DNA from: Octopus bimaculoides
Taxonomy: Eukaryota
Direction: 5' to 3'
DNA length: 56,405 nucleotides
NCBI RefSeq assembly: GCF_001194135.2
Contig: NC_068993.1
Span: 21,131,420 to 21,187,824, forward strand
A program made the position numbers and the translations under genes. Each line of letters starts with the position of its first letter. Position 1 is the first letter of the stretch. Under the pieces are notes generated by a model. The model was given only the letters and a program-made list of their open reading frames with translations, was not told where the DNA came from and made no database searches. Positions 36,965 to 47,107 of the stretch are shown piece after piece.

Positions 36965-37600
36965 TCTCACATGGCTCTCGTAACACAGAAATGGATGGCT
37001 GAGCTGGCAGAAACGCTAGCCCGCCGGGCGAAATTCTTTGCGGTATTTCATCTGCCGCTACGTTCTGAGTTCAAATTCCGCCGAGGTCGACTTTGCCTTT
37101 CATCCTTTCGAGGTCGATAAATTAAGTACCAGTTACGCACTGAGGTCAATGTAATCGACTTAACCCTTTGTTTGCCCGCTCTATGTTTAGCCCCTTGTTG
37201 GCAGTAAAGAATAAGAAATGGATGGCTGAAAATTTTCATGATCACATAACCCCTAACATTTGACCTTCTAATTCCCCAGATCTAATAATCCATTGGACTA
37301 TTAGATGTGCAGCGTTGTTGAGAGAGAGCGGTCAATGAAAACGCCCATTCCAGTGAAGATTTTTTGAAAGCTGCCATAATCAGAGTAATGTCCAAAATGA
37401 ACCAGGACCAGTTGATTAGAGCAAGTAGATTATTAAGATCTCATATAGAAGCACTTGTTGAAGCTGAAGGTGATTTTATTGGATAATATTTTAGAAAGGA
37501 AGGTTTATTTTTATCCTCATAGCATTTTTTGATAAATAAAGTTATTATCTGTTATTATATATCTGTGTTTTTATAAACATAAATCTGTCCTAAAATATCA
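36965..37600 (+). mobile_element. IS630-Tc1-mariner transposase C-terminal remnant, interrupted by a SINE
   Basis: Removing the SINE gives HMALVTQKWMAENFHDHITPNI*PSNSPDL-NPLDY...FLKAAIIRVMSKMNQDQLIRASRLLRSHIEALVEAEGDFIG* (stop 37484-86). WPxNSPDLNPLDY is the Tc1/mariner catalytic-region motif. Confidence 0.88.
37003..37213 (+). mobile_element. SINE family B with 16-bp target-site duplication
   Basis: agaaatggatggctga at 36987-37002 and 37214-37229 flanks a near full-length, little-diverged copy. Confidence 0.93.
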
Positions 37601-37676
37601 TACGCAATATAATATAAATAATAATATATATAGAATATATATCAATAAATATGTATGTATATATATATATACACAT

Positions 37677-37732
<56 letters not shown>

Positions 37733-39375
37733 TCAGNNNNNNNNNNNNNNNNNNNNNNNNNNNNNNNNNNNNNNNNNNNNNNNNNNNNNNNNNNNNNNNN
37801 NNNNNNNNNNNNNNNNNNNNNNNNNNNNNNNNNNNNNNNNNNNNNNNNNNNNNNNNNNNNNNNNNNNNNNNNNNNNNNNNNNNNNNNNNNNNNNNNNNNN
37901 NNNNNNNNNNNNNNNNNNNNNNNNNNNNNNNNNNNNNNNNNNNNNNNNNNNNNNNNNNNNNNNNNTATCTCTGTCTGTTTGTCTGTCTGTCTCTCTCTAT
38001 ATATATGTATGTATATATATATATATATTAATATTGATATGTACACTCAATTAAGAGGAACATTCACTACAACACTGAAGTTATATCAGTCAGCGATACT
38101 ACACTCTCACAGCATATTGAAATTAACCTATATCATATATGATGATATCCAATGCAACATTAATTAAAATTACTTCAATGTTTCCAGAGGCGGAAAAAAA
38201 GACAGAAAGTGCACGATTATCATGTAATATTTTACCCATCAAGAGAATTTTTGATATTTTCTTTTAAAATAAATTAAAAACATTTCAACTTTACAAAAGT
38301 AGTTGCCAATGTAATTCGTTTCCGCCATTTCTCACGTGCATGATTAAAATATGATTTGAAGAGTGATTATTTTTTTAATCACGGATCTGCTTTGGATTAT
38401 GCCATTGCATTGTTTCTTCGATTCTTTTGTTGTATTGAAATATAACCACCTTAAGTCCGTAAAGTATATTCAAATAAAGAGCATTATTAATTTACTATGA
38501 TGTTTACGAAGTCACATGAAAAAATTGAATTTATAATTTTGATTAAGATTTTTAAAATTTTCTTCATTAAAAATATTGATTCCATTCCAATAGATAAAAA
38601 AAATCTTTGATTTAGGTAATGGAAAGACAGTTAAATGTGACGTTCAAGGCCTTCCTAGGATAATGATAACAGTTGAAGTGAAAAAATATTGTTTTAAAAC
38701 AAATAGGATCTGATATTAAATTTAGCACAAATTTCTTACACTACAGTGCTTGACACATACATACGTATAAGAATGCACAGATTCATGCATGCTTACATAT
38801 ATACATAATACATTCATATATCCACAAATATAAACATGTGTGTATATTCACATACACATACGCATATTTTTCATCATCTCAGTGGTTAATTCTTTCGTAT
38901 ACCTAACAATTTCACTCATGCATATTCTCAAAATTACTGATAGAGACTGAATTGCTTTATTTTTGCATTCAATAAACATGTTTGAGCAACATCAGTGATG
39001 AAGTATATTTCCATTTTGTTGATATACATCCCTATGTGCAATAAACTCATTTTTATGTAGTAAATGGGACAAAGAATAGACGATTCCATTCTGTAGCGGA
39101 TATCTGCATTGTCAACGATAATGCACTTTGTTAGCATCCATGACTCTTTTAATCTTTTACTTTTTCAGTCATTTGGCTGCGGCCATGCTGGAGTACCACC
39201 TTTTAGTCGAACAAATCGAGCCTAGAACTTATTCTTTGTAAGCGTAGTACTTATTTTATCGGCTTCATTTGGTGAACTGCTAAATTACAGGGACGTAAAC
39301 GCACCAACATCGGTTGTCAAGCGATGGCGGGCGAATAAACACAGACGTGTATATATATATATATATATATATATA

Positions 39376-39560
39376 GCCATGATAGATCGTTGACCATAGA
39401 CCATTCAATTTTTTTTCTCCTTGTTTTCTCCGTATTCTTTCTGTTGAAGAGCGTAGCTCGAAACGTTAAAGACTTTCTGTATTCCCGAGCGTCAAACTAA
39501 TACACCCTTTTGTTGTTTACACCACCTGTCCTCGTCTGTTGTTTTTTTTCGTACATTCTC

Positions 39561-39562
<2 letters not shown>
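39376..39562 (+). mobile_element. Short (TA)n-flanked hammerhead-bearing element (copy 2)
   Basis: Homologous to 6213-6369; bounded by (AT)n at both ends. Confidence 0.85.
39436..39472 (+). ncRNA. Minimal type-I hammerhead ribozyme (core variant CUGUUGA)
   Basis: Stem I TCTTT/AAAGA perfect; CTGTTGA-A; stem II GAGC-gta-GCTC; GAAA; palindromic stem III ACGT; cleavage triplet GUU at 39465-39467. Confidence 0.65.
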
Positions 39563-39596
<34 letters not shown>

Positions 39597-40084
39597 GACG
39601 GCCTTCTTTCAGTTCCGTCTAACAAATCCACTCAAAAGATTTGGTTAACCTGAGGCTATAGTAGAAGACACTTGTTCAAGGTGCCACGCAGTGGGTCTGA
39701 ACCCGGAAGCGTGTGGTTGGGAAGCAAGTTTCTTACCACATAGCCACGCCTGCGCCTAGTCACACCTGCACATTTATTTTCTTACCATCAATACTGTTTA
39801 TCAACAATTGACAACTGAGCGTGCTTTAGAGCGAATTGGTGTGCATTTCGTTAGTAAGATTTCACCGCCTGCAAGTATTGTAAGACAGCGAAACAAGTAA
39901 CAACCGATATACATACACCGAGAAACTTTACCTCCTCATATAACATATATACAGCTTTCTCTCATTAGCATCTTTTACAAATATAGAGTCGTCTCCCTAG
40001 GGACCAAATATGAACAGCAGAAAGGACATAATGTCGCAAAATATTTGTTTTGTTTAGTATAGTCGAGTAACTCGGATTCAGCGC

Positions 40085-40165
40085 TCGCTTAGTATTTATA
40101 TTATCATATCTAGAAAGCTGAAAGGCAAAGATGACCTCAACAGCGTTTGAACCGAGAACACAAGG
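40085..40165 (-). mobile_element. Old SINE family B fragment
   Basis: gaaagctgaaaggcaaagatgacctcaacagcgtttgaaccgagaac aligns to the family B core. Confidence 0.6.
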
Positions 40166-42119
40166 GGATATATCTAATTACTACAAAGCTTTTTCTCAGA
40201 CGCTCTTCAGATATTGCGAATATACCACCCACTCTGTCTAGAGATATTAAAACAAATGAAATTACCGAAATTTTATATCGTAAAAATATAAAACAAAGAT
40301 CAAACTATTATCTGCTTCGAGCATTCACCATTGATCGTTTCGGTGTATGATTTGTTTAATTAATCAGATTCTTTGTTAATTTCATTAACTTTTTTATACT
40401 GTTAATTATAAAAAATATTGATTTCAGCAAATTGCTACTAGCCACGACTTTTGTTTTGTAAGGTAAAAGCCATTAAACCACCGCAAAATACTAGCGCTTG
40501 GCTACCATATATTTTATTGTTCCCTTAATGATGAAAGGCGATGTCAAAGTTTCATTAGAATTCAAAATATAAGAGGGCGTATCCAAACTTTGCAGGGCAG
40601 TTGTTCCGGCATTCTATTGATATTGTCATAATTATCACAGTTACTAAGGTTTTGGAGCAGAACGCAGGGTAGAATGCATTAAAACACACTCTTTCCTTTG
40701 ATTATAATTAGAAATTCTACTAGCATCAAGTTGAACACTGGAGTCGACTTAGCTACTCTTGCGGAAGGGTATAAAAACTGCGACCGTCTGCCAAGCTATG
40801 TCTAGCCAATGTGGCAAAGCAGACTCATCAAACCAGTATGATCTCAAGCTCAAATTCACGGCCGTGGTTGGTGGAGAAAACATGGAGAGACATTCGTCCT
40901 GGAGTAGACTAAATATAGGCAATCCATTCCAATCCAATCTAATCCAATAAATAATAAATTCTTATCCGACGCTCAGTCTGTGTCTATAATCTAAAAAATT
41001 ATTTTCTCTCATTTTTTTTTTTAGCAATCAAATCTTCGATATTCTAATATTCTTTAAAATGTCTACAACTTGTTTTTGCCACGTGATTCACCAAATATGT
41101 AATCATTTCCGTTTTTAGAAAATGTCTGAGACAAATTTCTAACCATTTTATAAGAATATTAGACGAATTGCGTAACCAGTTATGTTGAGCGTTGCACAAA
41201 CGGAAGAATATATATGATAAATCGCAGTAGGAACCTTCTATTATAACCTTTATAACCAATGTATATATATATATATATATATATATATNNNNNNNNNNNN
41301 NNNNNNNNNNNNNNNNNNNNNNNNNNNNNNNNNNNNNNNNNNNNNNNNNNNNNNNNNNNNNNNNNNNNNNNNNNNNNNNNNNNNNNNNNNNNNNNNNNNN
41401 NNNNNNNNNNNNNNNNNNNNNNNNNNNCACACCCACACGCACACACATACCCCCCCCCCACACACAGAGAAACCAAGAAACAATAATATGATTTCTATTT
41501 GTAAGATACTTCATAATTGGTTCGGGGAATGTGATTCCTGATCAGAGTAAGTTCATTTGTTCAAGGTTATGTACCGAGTTGTTCACATCAGCGTACATGG
41601 TTTCCAGCTTACATGTTTCCGTGCAATCCGTTTCGCCCGTCGTTGTTATAACTACCTTGCTCCTGCCTGGCTGCGTGATTTCTGTCATCGGGATTTACAC
41701 ATATTGATATACAGAAGAGTCAATCGGGCAATCTTACTGCAAGCTCTATCCCAGTTGTTCTGAGACAGTGCGTCGCAAGGAGTATTCGAGTTGTAATATA
41801 TATATTAGCGAAAACATTTGAAAACTTCATACTACTGTTTGAGCGCCTCGTAAAACTTTATTATTAGCTATTTTGTTAAACACAAGAAAAAATAATAAAA
41901 GAAAATAAATAATGTTTCAATATTATGTTGTCTCTGGGGATTGTTTGCTTATTCCCTTTGCCAATCAGTCAATCAGTCTGGTTCATCGAAGTCATTTTGT
42001 TGCCATTCGCGGCCTCATCAATGACTTGCCCTCTCTACTCCTGGTCCGCTCCAGGCTTGTCTGCTTCTGAGTTTACGAGATGAACACTTTTATTTATACG
42101 GATGTCAATGAGAATGTAT

Positions 42120-42177
<58 letters not shown>

Positions 42178-43019
42178 NNNNNNNNNNNNNNNNNNNNNNN
42201 NNNNNNNNNNAGAGAAAAAGTGCATGTGCGCATTGGTCTGTGTATGTGTGTTTAGTTAGTGTGTGTGTGTTAGTTAGTGCGTGTGTGCGCGTGTGTGTGC
42301 GTGTGAGTGTATGCGTCTGTGTTTGTGTGTGTGTGTGAGTGTGCTATTATTTGGGAAATAACGACCCTCTCGAGAAACAATATATGTTTCAACAACTACT
42401 TCACATCAATAATCTTACTAGCCAAATGCAAAACAAAAAAACAAAAATAAAAAAAAGCAATAAAAAAAGCAGAAAAAATAGTTTACTCTATTTTGTTTAA
42501 ATTTCAAATTCCTAGAATCAGAATTGCGTATTTTTTCTCGTTATTTCTTTAGTATTCCGGTGATTTCTATTTGTCTCTAGTATATCACAAATTAAAGGAA
42601 AGTACAATTCATTACACTACTGCCTCGACAAATAGGACATAATATACAATGTACTCCTTGATAAATAAAAAAAGAAGGGTCGATCATGGCGGACATGCAA
42701 TTGGTTATAGGTTTGATCGCTAAAAAGTAAACTGAGGCAAAACGGAAGATCAACAAAAGCACAGTAACAAATTGGGTCGGAAGCAAAATACAATATTTTC
42801 ATACTTTCGCGTAGCATCTCACTATTTCATAGGATTAACTTATGTATAACAGAGTATAAAGTGTTGCTCAGTTACCTAGAATATCTGCTTGTTGAATGAG
42901 GGTGCGAAGTGGTTTATAATCCATGCACATGCGTGCACCTTTGACATCATTCTCAGTTAGATCTATGTGACGTATGTTTGATAAAGCTGGACCTTCGAAT
43001 TACAGGTACAGTCTATCTT

Positions 43020-43145
43020 CTATACAGTTTTCGTCTATCCAAATTCACTCATAAGGCCTGGATGGTCGAGTCGAGGCAGTAAGATGCCAAGTAGTGAGAT
43101 GAAACTCGAGACCTCATGGCTGCAAAGCGAACTTTTTATCCACTC
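43020..43145 (-). mobile_element. Old SINE family A head fragment
   Basis: agttttcgtctatccaaattcactcataaggc...aagatgcca..agtgagatgaaactcgagacc..atggctgcaaagcgaac. Confidence 0.6.
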
Positions 43146-43489
43146 AGACGTGACAGCATCTAATTAATACTCTACTTGGTGAGGTGAAATCATGTCTGAA
43201 GGACTGGAGTGTTGTCTTTGATTAACCTTCGCCATTTTGACTGCCTACCTACTAACTGAACGTCTGTTAGATCAATAGTATCATGAACTACATAAAAAAA
43301 ATACAAAAAACAATCGTAAAAGCAACAATGATTTTTCACATAACAAACTCTTTTCATTTTTCTTTTAAAGTTTTACGTGGTGTTTTAAGCGCGATGTTGC
43401 GATGTTCAAGATTTTCTCGACACTTTTAGCAGCATCTAGGAATTTAAATTTTGACTCAGACAGAATATGCTATGAGTATAGACTTAAAC

Positions 43490-43700
43490 AAAAACAACAA
43501 CAACACCAACAACAGCAGCAGCAACAACAATGCCAACAACAGCAGTAGCAGCAGCAACAGCAACAACAACAACAATAACAAAAATAACAACAGCAGTTAT
43601 TACTACTATTACTGTTACTGTTGCTGCCAATTCCGCTGCTGCTACTGAAAGTGCAGCAGCAGCATCGATCAACAACAATAACAATAACAACAACAACAAT

Positions 43701-43762
<62 letters not shown>
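43490..43762. repeat. Compound trinucleotide array (CAA/CAG/TAA/TAC)
   Basis: In-register triplet runs ending in a long perfect (TAC)n. Confidence 0.95.
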
Positions 43763-43763
<1 letters not shown>

Positions 43764-44615
43764 AGTTTTCTCCTCTCGTATTTTCTTCATGCTCTACAAT
43801 TTTTAACTCTTCAGCCTTATCTTCTTCCGTTTTAACATGATCCTTCTTGTGATCAACTTGACGGAGACAAGGATGAAGAAGTATATAGCAGAGGTAAGTT
43901 CTTATAACAATCATATCCAAACCTCCATCTATATCACTTACCGTCTGGCCCATTGTCTTTGTTTCTTCAAAGTTAAGTCGACTTCGAATTTTCAAGCATA
44001 GATTATGGAAAGTTTAAGTGTCCCATCATTATTGGACTCCCACGGAAGGTTTTCGTTTCATATAAAGTGTTAAGAACAAGTCAGACCATCACGACTCTTC
44101 CTTCAAGCAATCGCAGATACAATTAGTAAACGATGTGAAAGTACTCCCGAGATAATGTAAACTGCATAAAGAACTCGGTTTCAGGATAGCTTTAAACCAT
44201 TCTACCGTGCTCATACATACCGTGTTCAGTTTTTATATTTTCATGTCTTTGAGAAATTTAGCTAAAATGAAGCTATTGATTTTTGACTATTGTGTAACTT
44301 ACGACTTTATCAGGCATTAACAGCTCTCAGTAAAGATTCGAGCATCATTATAATCGTCGTAATCGGTTTTGCCACCACCACCACCATCATCATCGTCATC
44401 GTCATCGTCGTCGTCGTCATCCTCATCATCACATTAAGCAAGCGATCTATTAGTTAGTTGGTGAGATACTTAAACGATTACCTAACAATAAAGAAGTGAT
44501 ATTAAACCAGTGCATGTCTTTATTATTATTGGCGTAATGACGCTACCCACACACAAGATTTGTTTAATTTGTTTCAGTACACGAATTCACATCTTGCAAA
44601 CCATATACATATAAA

Positions 44616-44747
44616 GGCGCAGGAGTGGCTCTGTGTTAGGAAACTTGCTTCTCAACCACATGGTTCTTGATTCAATTCCACAACGGTTCCTCGGGCCGGC
44701 CAAAGCCTTCTGAGTGGATTTGGTAGACGGAAACTGACAAAACCATC

Positions 44748-44802
<55 letters not shown>

Positions 44803-45070
44803 TGTATGTATGTATGTATGTATGCATGTATGTATGTATGTATGTATGTATGTATGTATGTATGTATTGGTGTGTCTGTGCTTGTCCCCTCCCCATCGCG
44901 TTACAACCGATGTTGGTGTGTTTACGTCCCCGTAACTTAGCTGTTCGGCAAAAGAAACCGAGAGAATAAGTAAAAGACTTACAAGGAATAAGTCCTGGAG
45001 TCGATTTGTTCGACTAAAGACGGTGATCCAGCATGGCCGCAGTCAAATGACTGAAACAAGTAAAAGAATA
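44616..45070 (+). mobile_element. Full-length SINE family A with internal (TA)n(TATG)n
   Basis: ggcgcaggagtggct head, body to aaaccatcg, microsatellite ~44750-44865, 3' half to gactgaaacaagtaaaaga. Confidence 0.93.
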
Positions 45071-45646
45071 TAAAAAGGAGTAAAAGAATATATATATATA
45101 TATANNNNNNNNNNNNNNNNNNNNNNNNNNNNNNNNNNNNNNNNNNNNNNNNNNNNNNNNNNNNNNNNNNNNNNNNNNNNNNNNNNNNNNNNNNNNNNNN
45201 NNNNNNNNNNNNTATATATGCATTTCCAGGTAACGACTTAGTCTAGAATTACCTATTAAGAATCAATGAGAGATACATTCGTAAGAAATTTTTATTCAAC
45301 GTGTTATATTCTTAAAAACCCGCTATAATATCAGTGTTTACTTCCTGTTTCCACTAATAATATCATTGTTCCATCTCCTATTAGGCCTTTGGGTAAAGTC
45401 TCCATACTTTCCAATAACTCAGCTAATGGAAATATTACGTCGGTAAATATATAAATCGGAATTTGCTGTTTTAATCTCAGCTTTTGTTCTAATCTCATCG
45501 AATTCATTTGTTGTTCCCACTGCTTTTCTTAGTGTCGCTACTGCCTCTAGCAAAGTAGCCAGTTGTAAAATCTCAAGAAGAGATAGAGTAGTAACGCATA
45601 CTAAACAGTAAGCAAGTTGCCACATCAACGTGGCAGGTGAATGTTT

Positions 45647-46094
45647 CTACTAGTTTAACCCCAGGCAGATTCTCCGCCAGCTGGTTTTTGACGCAACGCT
45701 CTGCATCCTTTCTATACAATATACCTCTAGCAGGGGAAGCGAACGCATACTAACCTCCATCAGCTAACAGGATCACGGGACTGGTCCAGTTTGTTACTAC
45801 TAGTTTAATCCCAGGCAGATTCCTGAGAATTTATAACTAGCTGCTTTGCTTGTTGCAAATCAGTGACCGATGTTCACTTTGTTTACAATATATTGCTAGC
45901 AGAGGCGAATTTTAGCTATTACTCCCTTGCGCATGTGTGCGCGGCTGACGAAGAGCCAACTAGTTCGAAACTGGGCCAGTCCCATGATCCTATTAGCTGA
46001 TGGAGGTTAATAGAGGTTCGCTTCTCCTGCTAGCGATATATTGTATATAAAGGATACAGAACGTTGCATCGAAAACTAGTTGGCGGAGAATCTG
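45647..46094 (+). mobile_element. Penelope pLTR-like / retrozyme-like structure: hammerhead plus 127-bp inverted duplication
   Basis: 45666-45792 is the reverse complement (~85% identical by eye) of 45968-46094; 26-bp direct repeats at 45647-45672 and 45797-45822; hammerhead at 45940-45986. Confidence 0.75.
45940..45986 (+). ncRNA. Type-I hammerhead ribozyme motif with GUC cleavage site
   Basis: cgcgg-CTGACGA-A-GAGC-caacta-GTTC-GAAA-CTGG-G-CCAG-TC-ccatg; all core nucleotides canonical; stem III ACTGG-N-CCAGT self-complementary; one stem I mismatch. Confidence 0.72.
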
Positions 46095-47024
46095 TCTCGC
46101 TTTCTGTTTACTACTGCTTCTGTTTTATGGTAATACTGCTGGAATATCAAGCATGTGAATGTAAGGGTAAATGAGGCTGGATGCTTTTAAGCTAAAAATT
46201 TTAAAAAATGAACAAAATATAGTGATGGAAAGCTAAACTGTTTCTACGAATGTTATGCAACCGTTGAGAGATTTTGAATGGAATATCTTTTGATACGTAA
46301 CGAAACCTGATTATTATGAGAGAGTTTCTGATAGGCATATCTCCATTGACTAAATATATGATATAGTATGTATTGTATAACGCATCAAAACCTATCTGGG
46401 TATGTGAGTAATGGTAAATTTTTTTCCCAGAACGATAAGGAAGCATACATAATGATGCATGTCATAAGGATGTATACAATAGAGCATGTTGCTTCATGCT
46501 CTTAATTGTCCTTTTATACACGTTATCTACAGTTATTATAGATTTTGCTGTTGGCAGTGATGTAGATTCTTTGAAAATACATATGATTTACAGTATAATT
46601 ATTAGAAATATATTGGTTCCATCAAATATAATGTATTCTAATCGATACACCAAATTGACTGCGAATCTATCAAAAGAAATAATTATTGTAACACAATTAG
46701 GCAATTCTTTTAGGGTTTAATTAGCATGGAAGTTATGGAGCAGCGAGAAATGACTTCATTTCACAGTTGACTGGTGAATTTAATTTCTAACCATCAGTTT
46801 ATACGCTTGTTGCGTACAATGATTAGTCTTTGCATTAAACGAATCTCTCTCAAGCTTTTTTCTCCATAAAATTAAATTAAAATTCAAACAAATAATTCCC
46901 ATATTCCGAAATGAAAACAACTAAATGACAGATTGCGTTTGATTCACTGCAAGTAACAATCACAACAATTACAAACAACTATAACTACAACCACTGCAAC
47001 AAATAATTAACGAGAACAATATAG

Positions 47025-47107
47025 ATAAACATAAACACAAAAATAAAACATAAACACAAAAATAAACATAGACACAAAAATAAACATAAACACAAAAATA
47101 AACATAA
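47025..47107. repeat. 18-bp minisatellite (ataaacataaacacaaaa) x ~4.5
   Basis: Direct tandem copies with 1-2 changes. Confidence 0.9.

Larger units (their letters stand above)
39145..39756 (-). mobile_element. Full-length SINE family A, split at its internal (AT)n by another element
   Basis: 5' half 39596-39756 (ggcgcaggcgtggctatgtggtaag head) and 3' half 39145-39345 (cgactaaaaggtggtactccagcatggccgcagcc) separated by (AT)n-insert-(AT)n. Confidence 0.92.

Noticed and set aside
40735-40930. GC-richer segment with local hairpins, considered as an HDV-like ribozyme or LINE 5' UTR
   Set aside because: Could not fit the nested double pseudoknot or identify an adjoining ORF.
44616-44690. tRNA-like sequences with A/B boxes (also 1980-2053, 9993-10060, 39690-39756)
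   Set aside because: They continue into SINE bodies and cannot form a complete cloverleaf; SINE heads, not tRNA genes.
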